64,000 nucleotides of DNA from an uncultured Candidatus Saccharibacteria bacterium. Lineage in GTDB: Bacteria; Patescibacteriota; Minisyncoccia; Phycocordibacterales; UBA9973. This document shows positions 31,614 through 41,280 of this stretch, one piece after another (the stretch's first letter is position 1; each line of letters opens with the position of its first letter). The translations under genes and the position numbers were made by a program. Below the pieces are notes generated by a model. The model worked only from the letters and a program-made list of their open reading frames with translations. It was not told where the DNA came from and made no database searches. The stretch covers positions 69,452-133,451 of the forward strand of contig CAZIZK010000002.1 of NCBI GenBank assembly GCA_964544225.1. The letters are read 5' to 3'.

Positions 31614-32057
31614 ATGAAAGTAATATTATTAAAAGACGTACCAAAAGTTGGGCAACGTTATGATGTAAAGGACTTTGCCGATGGTTATGCCCAGAATGTA
31701 TTGATCAACAAGGGTCTGGCTATGCGTGCAACCCCTGCCGAGCTTGCAAAACTTGCCGAGCGTAAAGCCAATCAAGAAAAGAAACGTAAGGAAGAGGATG
31801 ATAGATTCAAAGAAGCTCTAGTGATACTCAATGATCAGATAGTGACTATACAAGCCAAGGCAAATGACAAAGGACACTTGTTCAAGTCTGTATCAGCCAA
31901 TGATGTATTGAAGGCCATATCGGGTATATCAGCAATACATATTGATGAGTCTGAGATACATATAGAAAAGCCGATTAAAGAAATAGGTATGCATAAAGTA
32001 GAGATAAAGAATTCTGAAAGATCAGGATCAATCAATATAAAAGTAGAAAGTATATAA
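31614..32057 (+). CDS. rplI: 50S ribosomal protein L9
   Basis: MKVILLKDV, GYAQNVL, GHLFKSV, PIKEIG. Confidence 0.95.
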   Translation: MKVILLKDVPKVGQRYDVKDFADGYAQNVLINKGLAMRATPAELAKLAERKANQEKKRKEEDDRFKEALVILNDQIVTIQAKANDKGHLFKSVSANDVLKAISGISAIHIDESEIHIEKPIKEIGMHKVEIKNSERSGSINIKVESI

Positions 32058-32090
32058 AATAAAAACCCTGACATTGTCAGGGTTTTTATT
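32058..32090. terminator. Bidirectional terminator between rplI and rpmA
   Basis: AATAAAAACCCTGACA/TGTCAGGGTTTTTATT inverted repeat. Confidence 0.85.
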
Positions 32091-32097
32091 TTATAAT

Positions 32098-32373
32098 TTA
32101 AGCGATTACGTGTACTACTTTCATAACTTTCGTTTTACCATTGAAACCCTGCTTTCTTTTTGTACCGAACTTTACAGTACCTGGTACAAGTGCGAATAGT
32201 GTGTGATCCTTACCCATGCTTACATTTGTACCTGCTAGGATCTTTGTTCCACGTTGACGGATGATAATAGATCCTGCTTTAGCCTTTTCACCAGCATAAA
32301 GCTTCGTACCTAGGTACTTTGGATTTGAATCATTTAAATTTTTGGCCGAACCTCCGGCTTTCTTATGTGCCAT
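32098..32373 (-). CDS. rpmA: 50S ribosomal protein L27
   Basis: [25 protein letters not shown]. Confidence 0.98.
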   Translation of the reverse strand: MAHKKAGGSAKNLNDSNPKYLGTKLYAGEKAKAGSIIIRQRGTKILAGTNVSMGKDHTLFALVPGTVKFGTKRKQGFNGKTKVMKVVHVIA

Positions 32374-32457
32374 AGTGTCTTTTGACTGATTAATTAGCTA
32401 AGGTAAGAAGTACATTTAATACTAGCTAATATATCTTTTATTATTTATAATACAGGT

Positions 32458-32655
32458 ATGAGTATACATGATTTTACTAATAAAATCAAGGGGAATAGGG
32501 GTGTAGGGAAGGAGGCTTTGGTATCTATACTTGTCCTAGCGATTGTGGCTTTTGGAGCCTATTATCTAGGTAAAATTTCAAATATCAAATTAGACAACAA
32601 TAAATTAGATATTGTCAATACCAGAGGAGGCGAGGGGATACAATACATAAAATAA
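32458..32655 (+). CDS. Small single-TM hypothetical protein
   Basis: 65-aa ORF with a TM helix ending AYYLGKIS; ATG follows TATAAT. Confidence 0.6.
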   Translation: MSIHDFTNKIKGNRGVGKEALVSILVLAIVAFGAYYLGKISNIKLDNNKLDIVNTRGGEGIQYIK

Positions 32656-32660
32656 CCAAA

Positions 32661-33581
32661 ATGAAACATATATTTCGAATCATTATAATAGTAGTTTTAA
32701 TAGTGACTTTTCCAGTATGGAAAGGCAAGGTTGTATCTACATACAACCAGGTAAAGTCGTATCTAATAGGTACGGCTAAACAGTTTGAGACTAACAGTCA
32801 TAACAATACATTAGCCACTGAAAACATATCTAGTATCGACAAAATATCAGAGGGTAATAATACTAATAGTATCGATACACCGGGTGCCTTGCGTGTGGTT
32901 GACTCAATCTTGAATTTTCAGAATACCAGGTTATCTATAAAAGGCATTATACTTGAGACAAATAAGCAACGCGCATTACAAGGCCTACCACCTCTAGTGG
33001 AAAATACAAAGCTCGATAAATCAGGCCTCGTAAAGGTTAACGACATGTTCGACTATCAATACTTCGAACATATATCACCAACAGGTGTAGGCGTTGCAGA
33101 CTTGGCTACTGATGTAGGTTATGAATACATAATCATCGGGGAGAACTTGGCCTTAGGAGGCTTTAAAGATGATCAAGCAGTAGTTGATGCCTGGATGGCA
33201 AGTCCCGGACACCGCGCCAATATACTCAATGATCGATATACCGAGATCGGTGTCAGTGTGGGCCGTGGAATATTTGAAGGCCGTGAAGTATGGCTCGCAG
33301 TACAGCATTTTGGCTTGCCAAAGTCTGCTTGTCCATCTATTAGCTCGAATTTGAAATCTAGTATCGACTCTATGCAGAGCAAAGCCAAATCTATACAAAA
33401 AGATCTAGACAAAATGAAAGCCGACATAGATACAGCAACAGATCCTTCTATTAAATCTGAATTAATCAAAAAGTACAATGATCTAGTAAATACATACAAT
33501 ACGCTCATAGCAAGCGTGAAGGCGAGTGTAGACAAGTACAATACACAAGTACGCGCATTTAATGCGTGCGTAAAGGGCTAA
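32661..33581 (+). CDS. CAP (SCP-like) domain protein with coiled-coil tail
   Basis: YFEHISP, GENLA, WMASPGHRANIL, VQHFG. Confidence 0.92.
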   Translation: MKHIFRIIIIVVLIVTFPVWKGKVVSTYNQVKSYLIGTAKQFETNSHNNTLATENISSIDKISEGNNTNSIDTPGALRVVDSILNFQNTRLSIKGIILETNKQRALQGLPPLVENTKLDKSGLVKVNDMFDYQYFEHISPTGVGVADLATDVGYEYIIIGENLALGGFKDDQAVVDAWMASPGHRANILNDRYTEIGVSVGRGIFEGREVWLAVQHFGLPKSACPSISSNLKSSIDSMQSKAKSIQKDLDKMKADIDTATDPSIKSELIKKYNDLVNTYNTLIASVKASVDKYNTQVRAFNACVKG

Positions 33582-33662
33582 CAAAAGGTATACAGGTATC
33601 AGGGAGTAGGGCTAGAGGTCTGTTTATTGATTTATTCAAAGCTTTCTTTTGTTTATATAGCA

Positions 33663-33690
33663 ATGTCGCACAATATATCTTTTACGACAC
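33663..33690. other. Putative dif (Xer) chromosome dimer resolution site
   Basis: ATGTCGCACAA-TATATC-TTTTACGACAC: 11-6-11 layout, arms 8/11 inverted-identical, in a gene-free gap where gene orientation converges. Confidence 0.65.
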
Positions 33691-33997
33691 TAGGTATGTA
33701 AATAAAGCTTTAGAATAAAAGGCTTTCTACACATCGTATATTTTGTATTTAATTAATCTAAACATCTTTATATTATGTATTGCATATATGTTTAGCCACG
33801 CTATTAATCCCCTCACGATACGTTTATACGTGTTATATATGTATAAATGACATTATATACATCGGTATACCTATACCCCGAAAATCGTCAATTTTGACTC
33901 CCCTATTTATCTATTGACGTATTTGACATATGTGTGTTGTAATATGTAAATATAAAAACCCCACAAATGTGGGGGATTTATAATATGAGTGTATATA

Positions 33998-35758
33998 TTA
34001 ACGGCCTGTAACCAATAACTTCTCGGCTTGGAAGTTGCTAACATATACTGATCCATCAGTTATAGCGTAGTTAAAGTATCCACGTCCAGCTATATGACCA
34101 TCTTCGTACCATACTATGCCGGATTTACTATTAGTTACTTGCAAGTCTGTCACATAGAACTTTCCACCAAGAACTGGCTTTACGCTAGATAATTCATTTA
34201 AGTGGCCATTTAGGTATTGGCGAAGTAGTTCATCATTTGGGCTCTTTGTTGGAACGGTGTTGATATTAGTATCGATCAATGGCTTTGACATATCTTTCTT
34301 TGGTTCCTCTGTAACTTGTTTTGGAGCTTCTACAATACTTGGTGATATTACTCCAGTCTTTACTGATCCAATATAAAACTGGTTTGGATCCAGGGCTATC
34401 CATGTGTCTTTGTCTTCGATCAGTTCAACTTTATTGATTCGTGTTCCTACACCTGCGTAAACATTCTCAACCCCAGTCTTCATGTCCAGTAATATCAGCT
34501 CGTTCTTGCTCTCCATAGGCTTCTTTATGTTGAAATACTTTCGTACATACAACAAGTTATCTATATCTACTATCTGCACACTTTCCCTCTGTACAGCATA
34601 ATCTTTTGCTGGTGCTTGGAAGCGAACTTCATGGACAATATTGCCTGTAGAGTCGTATATTCGAGCCAGATCTACTGATGTATTGTTATTGTAGATAGAG
34701 CCTACTGTGGCTAACAAACCCTTGTTTATATCTGTTTTTATACCGCCATACAACATGCCAGATGTTTCGCCTATGTCTATTATCTTGTTTGTATTTAGGT
34801 CCACCATGTAGTCGTGCGAGTTATCATCGTAGCCACCATTTACCCTAGCTACTTTGTGCGGTACAACCCACTGTACATATTTGAGTTCTTGTACTGGTAC
34901 TTGGATAGGTAGATCAATAAAAGTGTTATCTGTAATATTCCAGACAGTTAGTATGCGAGCATTTTCACCATTGGCCAATTTTACACCCGTATCGCGGTAG
35001 CCTAGTACGTGTGTGTTGTCGCTATACCAAGCAAAAGCTCCATCATATACAGAGCTCGATATCTTCTTTACCAGGCCATTGGTAATATCTAGGGTCTGTA
35101 GCCCGGCAAGAGTATGCATAATATATAGTTTGCCATCGGGTGAAATACTTCCGCGTATCATACCACCCAGACTCATATTGAACTCGCGATTGTTGGCAAA
35201 GTCGTGTACGACAGCATTGTCACCCACAGATAGTGTCAATATTTCATTATTGATCCAATCTGACATAATATTGCCAGAGACAGGCTGTATAGCCCCAGAT
35301 TCGAGATTTGCTATATAAGTCTGTGGTTGTGGATTGTTATTGCTAAGTGCGCTAAATACAAGCTTTGACCCATCAGTCGCTGTATTGAAGAACCCTGTAT
35401 ATCTGTCGATATTCAAGCCTAGACTATTCGAAGTATTTACAAACAATGGGGCTTTTGTATTTATCTGTACTACATGTTTAGTTATTTTGATCTTGTCGCC
35501 ATTACCACGAAAGACTCCCAGGGCTGTCATTAGCGCAAGTACTGCTATTATCAAAAGTATTATTATACCCATCTTCTTTGGACGTGGAAATGGAAAGTGG
35601 GCTCCGGGTGGGGCCTGTGTATCACCATAGTCACGCATTTCGTGTAAACGGCGTTCGACTTCGTTCACCTTTTCCTCGCCAAAGTCATCAAAGTCCTTTG
35701 CTTGGAAGCTTGCTGGATCAAAACTCTTTGGGGTAAATTGTGTTTCGTTTTCATTCAT
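33998..35758 (-). CDS. Membrane-anchored extracellular beta-propeller-like protein
   Basis: Single TM (MGIIILLIIAVL), TolB-like SPDGK-type blades, C-terminal VLGGKFYVT...YEDGH domain; start moved to ATG 35758. Confidence 0.75.
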   Translation of the reverse strand: MNENETQFTPKSFDPASFQAKDFDDFGEEKVNEVERRLHEMRDYGDTQAPPGAHFPFPRPKKMGIIILLIIAVLALMTALGVFRGNGDKIKITKHVVQINTKAPLFVNTSNSLGLNIDRYTGFFNTATDGSKLVFSALSNNNPQPQTYIANLESGAIQPVSGNIMSDWINNEILTLSVGDNAVVHDFANNREFNMSLGGMIRGSISPDGKLYIMHTLAGLQTLDITNGLVKKISSSVYDGAFAWYSDNTHVLGYRDTGVKLANGENARILTVWNITDNTFIDLPIQVPVQELKYVQWVVPHKVARVNGGYDDNSHDYMVDLNTNKIIDIGETSGMLYGGIKTDINKGLLATVGSIYNNNTSVDLARIYDSTGNIVHEVRFQAPAKDYAVQRESVQIVDIDNLLYVRKYFNIKKPMESKNELILLDMKTGVENVYAGVGTRINKVELIEDKDTWIALDPNQFYIGSVKTGVISPSIVEAPKQVTEEPKKDMSKPLIDTNINTVPTKSPNDELLRQYLNGHLNELSSVKPVLGGKFYVTDLQVTNSKSGIVWYEDGHIAGRGYFNYAITDGSVYVSNFQAEKLLVTGR

Positions 35759-35876
35759 AATGTTTGTATTATTTATGATTAAATTGTTGTATTTATTATA
35801 ACACACGACTCCCCTTTGACAGTATTTTAAATAGGTATAAAATATATATAAACAAAAATATAGGAGGAAACAAATC

Positions 35877-36341
35877 ATGATAGACAACGAATTAGGCAGT
35901 AATGTTAACACTCAAGGACCATCATTATTTAATAATGAAATTCCTTATGAAGTTCGTAAAGTTATTGGGGATCAATACCCCGTTCCTATTTCAGAAGATC
36001 TGATTGGTGAACAATCAAGTGAAGTTAATTTCAACCAAAATCTTTTCAACGAAGTTGAATCAATTGTAAACAAATTGAGAAACTGGTCAACAAGATGTAA
36101 AAAGGTTTTAGCTGATGAAATTATCTCACATGAAAATGACTTTATCTGTATTTTAGATTCTATAAAAAATACAGATCAAGCATTCGGAAAAGAGATTTTC
36201 AACAAAGTTTTTCCTTTTATGCATTTTTTAAAAAGAGTTCAGGATCAGATTATGAGCTTTCAGCATTTAAGTTTGTGGGATAAGCAAATTTTAGATATAT
36301 TTATAAGGCTAAGAAATATTTTATCTGAACTTAAAAATTAA
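35877..36341 (+). CDS. Hypothetical protein (orphan)
   Basis: 154-aa ORF with TTGACA promoter and AGGAGG Shine-Dalgarno upstream. Confidence 0.7.
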   Translation: MIDNELGSNVNTQGPSLFNNEIPYEVRKVIGDQYPVPISEDLIGEQSSEVNFNQNLFNEVESIVNKLRNWSTRCKKVLADEIISHENDFICILDSIKNTDQAFGKEIFNKVFPFMHFLKRVQDQIMSFQHLSLWDKQILDIFIRLRNILSELKN

Positions 36342-36479
36342 AACAATAGGGCATCATAATATCATCTTCCTGATATAAATGTCTTCCTGTTTATTTGGGT
36401 AGTGTTGTAGTCTGTCGGGTTTTAATCTGGCAGGCTACTTTTTATTTACTTAATTACAATTTTTATATAATATATAGCT

Positions 36480-36665
36480 ATGGAAGATGAAGATATAAAC
36501 ACAATAGAAGACGCTAGTAGTAACAGTGGTGATGGTAACTGCCCACGCTGTGGACTACGCACTTATGAAGAGGTCTGCCCAGTATGCCAGACTCCCCTTA
36601 CCATAAAGAAGGACGAAAAGGAGGAAGAGGACGAATACTACGAACGCCGTCGTGAACGCCGATAG
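36480..36665 (+). CDS. Small zinc-ribbon protein
   Basis: CPRC and CPVC pairs, charged tail; ATG shortly after TATAAT. Confidence 0.7.
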   Translation: MEDEDINTIEDASSNSGDGNCPRCGLRTYEEVCPVCQTPLTIKKDEKEEEDEYYERRRERR

Positions 36666-36706
36666 AAGCCTTTGACAAAACGGGTTATCTAATATAGATT
36701 ATGTTT

Positions 36707-36853
36707 GAATAGATTGCAACTCAGTACATAAAAGTACTGCAATTCGTAAATCATGATTAATCGTGTTGAATTGCAGCGTAAAACAAATAGTGAGAAAGCA
36801 CTATTCCATTTGGGTTGGTCACCCACAAAAAGGCGTCGCAAGCGCCTTTTTTT
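36707..36853 (+). ncRNA. Candidate structured small RNA
   Basis: TTGACA(36672)-17-TAGATT(36695) promoter, several hairpins, terminator AAAAAGGCG/CGCCTTTTT, no credible ORF. Confidence 0.5.
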
Positions 36854-37422
36854 TAGTATTTACGTATCACACCTTTTATAATAGCGCGGATTTGGAGGTC
36901 GTTCTCGGGATAGATAGGCTGGAAGTCTTTATTGGCTGGTTCTAGCCAGACCGTATTTCCCTCTTTGCGGAAGTATTTCATTGTATATTCACCATCTACT
37001 TCGGCGATAACTATCTGTCCATCACGGGCATGGTCGGTACGCTCGGCTATAACCATGTCACCATCGGCTATATGTGCGTCGATCATCGAGTCGCCATCTA
37101 CTTCTAGTATATATGTAGAGTCTTTCTTTTGGATTAGGAAGTTATTGAGGTTGATAGTGGTCTCCATAACATCTTCACTCGGTGATGGGAAGCCCGCTTT
37201 AACAAGGCCGAGTATAGGCACTTCGCTAAAAGAGTTCGTAGGTATTAGACGACCTAGATTGTCTTTGTCTACGAGGCCTGCATCCATCAATTTATCAACC
37301 AGGCGCGATACTGCGTTCTTTGACTTGAATCCGAATAGAGTCATCATCTCGGTATATGTAGGCATACGACTACTCCTATCGTAGAATGCTATCAATTTGT
37401 TTTTGTATTCGTTGTATTCCAT
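36853..37422 (-). CDS. lexA: LexA-type SOS repressor (wHTH + S24 peptidase)
   Basis: MPTYTEM...FKSKNAV HTH, VKAG cleavage site, GDSM serine, TMK lysine. Confidence 0.9.
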   Translation of the reverse strand: MEYNEYKNKLIAFYDRSSRMPTYTEMMTLFGFKSKNAVSRLVDKLMDAGLVDKDNLGRLIPTNSFSEVPILGLVKAGFPSPSEDVMETTINLNNFLIQKKDSTYILEVDGDSMIDAHIADGDMVIAERTDHARDGQIVIAEVDGEYTMKYFRKEGNTVWLEPANKDFQPIYPENDLQIRAIIKGVIRKY

Positions 37423-37425
37423 ATA

Positions 37426-37623
37426 TTATGCGTGGATTGCAAATGGGTTAAAGAATTTGTTGATAAAAGTTCTAGTATTGTGTTGGCGGATCTTGCTCAG
37501 TATTATTTTGTGTTCGATAGCTTCTTTTGAATAATTCTCCCCAGACATGATCTTGAAATCGATTTGTTTATTTAACTTGTCTAACTGCTTTTGTAATATT
37601 TTTATGTATTGTTCTTTTGTCAT
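37426..37623 (-). CDS. Small hypothetical protein co-transcribed upstream of lexA
   Basis: 65-aa basic helical ORF ending 3 bp before lexA. Confidence 0.7.
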   Translation of the reverse strand: MTKEQYIKILQKQLDKLNKQIDFKIMSGENYSKEAIEHKIILSKIRQHNTRTFINKFFNPFAIHA

Positions 37624-37671
37624 AATATTTTATATGTTTGGGTCAATTATTTATAAAGCGACCATATACAT

Positions 37672-37700
37672 ATTATATGTGAACGCTCGTTCACATGCAA
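37672..37700 (-). promoter_or_regulatory. Sigma70 promoter with a GAAC-N4-GTTC (SOS/Cheo-box-like) operator in its spacer
   Basis: Minus strand TTGCAT-GTGAACGAGCGTTCACA-TATAAT; palindrome ATGTGAACG-CT-CGTTCACAT at 37677-37696. Confidence 0.8.
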
Positions 37701-37730
37701 GTATTATTACAAATAAAATTGTGGATAACT

Positions 37731-38291
37731 TTATTTTTTATCAAAAATTATTGCGTACTTACTAGCTTTGAATTTCTTCCAGAAAATATTGCCCCATACC
37801 AAAAATAGTAAAGAATAATTTATAATCATGTAGTATGTATTGCTCCACTTTATACCGTTAGTAAATTTCCAATCAGATAACGGGAACAGTACCGGTGTTA
37901 GGAAGAACCCTCCAGCATGTGAAGGCATGTCTATTAGTATGTGCAGTGCCCAGCCGAGGAGCTCGTATCGTGGGCGCTTTGATATGATCCACACGATTAT
38001 AAATACAGCGGCCCATATCACCAGGCTGTGGCTGTAGTTGTATAACTCGTAAGACAATCCAAAACTATTTGGCATTCCGTGGTGTGATAATTGTGCGAAA
38101 GATATCTTGCCTATGATCATGCCCCATACAGATATGATCATCGGTATAACAAATGCAAAGAAGTCAGGAAATACTCCAAAGAATGCTGTCCAACCCACGT
38201 TGAACATCTTTGGTTTACCCTTCTTTATACGCATCTTGTTCCCTACTCTTGCGCCATAGTTTGTCCACAATGTGTGTGCCAATATATCCAT
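37731..38291 (-). CDS. Membrane metal-dependent hydrolase-like protein (YdjM-like)
   Basis: N-terminal His, FPD, SHSL, HILID motifs with TM segments. Confidence 0.7.
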   Translation of the reverse strand: MDILAHTLWTNYGARVGNKMRIKKGKPKMFNVGWTAFFGVFPDFFAFVIPMIISVWGMIIGKISFAQLSHHGMPNSFGLSYELYNYSHSLVIWAAVFIIVWIISKRPRYELLGWALHILIDMPSHAGGFFLTPVLFPLSDWKFTNGIKWSNTYYMIINYSLLFLVWGNIFWKKFKASKYAIIFDKK

Positions 38292-38410
38292 CCCGTTAGA
38301 AGTAGATAATCACAAGATTATCGTACATAAATTAAATAATAAAATAAAAATTTAAAACCTCTCCTTAAATTACTCCCATAAAAAATATAACATGTATAAC
38401 TTCTAACGGG
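38292..38410. mobile_element. Miniature inverted-repeat element, copy 1 (119 bp)
   Basis: Ends CCCGTTAGAAGT/ACTTCTAACGGG; flanked by direct repeat ATCCAT (ATGGAT on - strand, containing the start codon). Confidence 0.75.
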
Positions 38411-38440
38411 ATCCATGCCAAATATTATATCACACATAAC

Positions 38441-38479
38441 AAAACCCCAGATAGAGCCTGAGGCTCTATCTGGGGTTTT
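38441..38479 (-). terminator. Intrinsic terminator hairpin
   Basis: AAAACCCCAGATAGAGCC/GGCTCTATCTGGGGTTTT inverted repeat. Confidence 0.8.
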
Positions 38480-38501
38480 GAGTAGGTGAAGTTTAAATTA
38501 A

Positions 38502-39089
38502 TTATTTAGACTTCTTCTTTGTAACTGGCTTCTTTGCTGCAACTTTTTTAGCTTGCGCTTTTACTACTACTTTCTTTGCAACAGCTTTTACAGCTTTTTT
38601 TGCTACAGGAGCTTTCTTTACTTCTGTCTTAGCTTCTGGTGCAGATACTGTTTTCGCAACAGGCTTTGAAGCACCTTCGATAGCACTGATAAGGCGATCG
38701 ATCTTTGTGTTTAGTTCTGACAATTGCTTCATAACACCATCGTTGTTTGCTTGCGGTGCCGGGCGATTGAACTCTACACGAGGAGATGGACGGTCAAAGC
38801 TCTTCTTTGGACCACGGTCGTTGTAGTCACCACGTACTTTGCGGTCTACACCTTCACGCTTGCTACCGAAACAGTCGTTACAGTAGATAGGCTTGTCACT
38901 AGATGGACGAAATGGAACTTCACATCCATTGCCACAGTCACTACATACAGCCTTGTGCATGTCAGGACGTGGACCACGATCGCCACCACGGTTACCACCA
39001 CCGAATCCACCTTTGTTGAAACTTGGCTTACCACCACGGTCGCCACCTCTGAACCCACCTCTGTTACCTCCGCCTTGGAAATTTCCCAT
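38502..39089 (-). CDS. CxxC-x17-CxxC domain protein with RGG-rich N-terminus and Lys/Ala-rich tail
   Basis: MHKAVCSDCG...CEVPFRPS..KPIYCNDCF. Confidence 0.88.
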   Translation of the reverse strand: MGNFQGGGNRGGFRGGDRGGKPSFNKGGFGGGNRGGDRGPRPDMHKAVCSDCGNGCEVPFRPSSDKPIYCNDCFGSKREGVDRKVRGDYNDRGPKKSFDRPSPRVEFNRPAPQANNDGVMKQLSELNTKIDRLISAIEGASKPVAKTVSAPEAKTEVKKAPVAKKAVKAVAKKVVVKAQAKKVAAKKPVTKKKSK

Positions 39090-39183
39090 ATAATTTTATA
39101 TTTATTAATTTTTTACACACCTACTTCGAATAGGCTTTTGTTTATATATTTATACTATAACACTATTTCGATAAAAAATCAAG

Positions 39184-39906
39184 TTATATACCCGCTACGC
39201 CAAATAGTTTACCAATACCGAATGTTACAACCATGGCGATAATACCGCCTAGCACCACGCGTATAGTAGCCTTTGTCTTGTTCGCACCACCAGCATGCGC
39301 ACTAAGTGTGCCAGTGAATATGAGCGCTATTAGTACAGATACGAAAGTAAATACTATCTTCCACCCTGCTGGGGCTATAATAACAGCGATGATAGGTATG
39401 ATCGCTCCGCAGAAGAATGCTGCACCCGATGCATAGGCTGCATGCATTGGGTCGGTCAGGTTGTTTGGGTCGATACCTAGCTCGGCATCTAGGTGGGCGG
39501 CATAGGCATCCTTGGCAGTGAGTTCCTTTGCCACAACTTCCGCTGTGGCGCGTGATAGGCCTTTGCCTTCGTATATTGTGACCAGTTCCTCTAGTTCCTG
39601 TTCTGGTAAGTTGTCCAATTCGTATTGCTCTTTTGCCATGAGGGCCTTCTCGGTATCGCGCTGAGTACTGACCGATACATATTCACCCACCGCCATAGAC
39701 AATGCGCCCGCCACCAGTGCTGCCACACCTGCAGTGAGGATGAACTTCGTATCGCTCGATGCACCAGCCACACCGACTATCACAGATGATACCGACACAA
39801 TACCATCATTGGCACCGAGTACGGCTGCACGTAGCCAGTTGAGCTTGGAATTGCCTATATTACTATCTAGTTGCACATGAGTAAGTGGGTCGCGTAATTT
39901 ATCCAT
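39184..39906 (-). CDS. VIT1/CCC1 family Fe/Mn transporter
   Basis: LRAAVLGANDGIVS, SMAVGEYVSVSTQRD. Confidence 0.93.
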   Translation of the reverse strand: MDKLRDPLTHVQLDSNIGNSKLNWLRAAVLGANDGIVSVSSVIVGVAGASSDTKFILTAGVAALVAGALSMAVGEYVSVSTQRDTEKALMAKEQYELDNLPEQELEELVTIYEGKGLSRATAEVVAKELTAKDAYAAHLDAELGIDPNNLTDPMHAAYASGAAFFCGAIIPIIAVIIAPAGWKIVFTFVSVLIALIFTGTLSAHAGGANKTKATIRVVLGGIIAMVVTFGIGKLFGVAGI

Positions 39907-39937
39907 ATATAAATATTATTTTTATTATTAAGAATTT

Positions 39938-40336
39938 TTACCAATTCAATCGAGTTATTGTTAATTGCAAAACTGTAGCAAATGATACCCATAACAAATA
40001 CGGTATCTGGATATAGGCAATCCAACGTGCGTGTGGGTAGATAGCTACCATTAGCCATACAATAGTAATCAAGATCAATACTATATCAATAGCAGCCAAT
40101 AAATTATTTTTTAATCCAAATTGAAAATAAGTAAAAGAGAAATTAAAAATCAAATTTAAAATAAAAGGCAATACTACAATAAATGGGATCTGCTTGTTGT
40201 AGAACATCATAAATACTTTACCAAAAGATATGGCAATAAGTATATACAAGAATGTCCAAACAGGCCCGAATAGGAAGCTCGGTGGTGACCATGTTGGCTT
40301 GATAAGTGTGCTGTACCAGTTGTATGAATTATTCAT
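39938..40336 (-). CDS. tspO: TspO/MBR tryptophan-rich sensory protein
   Basis: WYSTLIKPTWSPP..FGPVWT.LY, PYLLWVSFA. Confidence 0.93.
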   Translation of the reverse strand: MNNSYNWYSTLIKPTWSPPSFLFGPVWTFLYILIAISFGKVFMMFYNKQIPFIVVLPFILNLIFNFSFTYFQFGLKNNLLAAIDIVLILITIVWLMVAIYPHARWIAYIQIPYLLWVSFATVLQLTITRLNW

Positions 40337-40375
40337 ACATACATTATAGCACTTTCACAAATAATATTGTGCGTT

Positions 40376-40735
40376 TTAGTGTAGCTTGTGGTATGAACGA
40401 TAAGACACGAACAATACTACGATAGCAATAACAGGTAGCAATAGGAAAGTTGATACACCCATTACGAAATACATACTCAATAGTGCTGCGATAAAGTCGA
40501 ATGCGAACCCAGCATAAGCCCATTCTTTTATTGTCTTTGGAACTTGTGGTATTACTAGAGCCAATGAACCTAGAACTTTCGCGAACACTATCATACCTAC
40601 AAAGTATGCAGGGTAACCCAAGCCCACTATGCCAGCAGTAGCAGATCCGTTCATATAAGCAACCACTTCCATTACACCTTGTGTAAAGAATATTAGTAAA
40701 GTTGTAACCCAAAACATTATTTTGTATTTTTTCAT
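40376..40735 (-). CDS. DoxX-like membrane protein
   Basis: LGYPAYF, KEWAYAGF..D; start moved to ATG 40735. Confidence 0.85.
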   Translation of the reverse strand: MKKYKIMFWVTTLLIFFTQGVMEVVAYMNGSATAGIVGLGYPAYFVGMIVFAKVLGSLALVIPQVPKTIKEWAYAGFAFDFIAALLSMYFVMGVSTFLLLPVIAIVVLFVSYRSYHKLH

Positions 40736-40761
40736 ATTTTTTATTATAACAAATTTTATTT

Positions 40762-41280
40762 TTATTTTGTATTGTATGCCCAGTGTAGTAGTGCCTGGCG
40801 CTGGCGTGGTCGGCAGTGTATGTCGCCAGGCCTGCAGTTCGCACTGATCTGGCCTAGGTGCCTGCGGATAGCCTTCCACCTCTTTATCTGCCTCGCATCT
40901 TCCTTTGGAATCCGGCGCCCCATATAATACCGGCAGTACCATTGGAACCAGCCTCGGGGGTCATCCTTGTGTATCCAGTGCTTTACCTTCCACTCGGCTA
41001 GCGACTGGCTTGCATTGACTCCAAAATAATTTAACCCTGGTTCCCTCTTTGTACCTTTGGCCATTTTTGCCCGGGTGAACCAATCCTTTGGAAATTCTTT
41101 TATACAATCACGCATGTATATGCCACCGAATACGCCCATTGCCAGCATTTGCTTTGGGGTAACATTTGGCTTGAACTCGGGGTCGAAATTCTTGCCCACC
41201 GGCTCGGTCAGTACATATTCGTAACCCTTTTGCATTTTGTCATTTACTACGACTTTTTTATTTTGCTTTTTTTGCTTCAT
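40762..41280 (-). CDS. Conserved hypothetical protein
   Basis: TPKQMLAMGVFGG, DPRGWFQWYCRY..GRR, RQALLHWAY look family-conserved; function unknown. Confidence 0.8.
   Translation of the reverse strand: MKQKKQNKKVVVNDKMQKGYEYVLTEPVGKNFDPEFKPNVTPKQMLAMGVFGGIYMRDCIKEFPKDWFTRAKMAKGTKREPGLNYFGVNASQSLAEWKVKHWIHKDDPRGWFQWYCRYYMGRRIPKEDARQIKRWKAIRRHLGQISANCRPGDIHCRPRQRQALLHWAYNTK

Noticed and set aside
33582-33997. AT-rich gap as oriC
   Set aside because: Genes converge on it rather than diverge, there is no DnaA-box cluster or dnaA, and a dif-like site is present.
40344-40942. Overlapping ORF 40344-40844 and the long N-terminus of 40376-40942
   Set aside because: These are alternative frames over the 40762-41280 gene; the DoxX-like protein starts at 40735.
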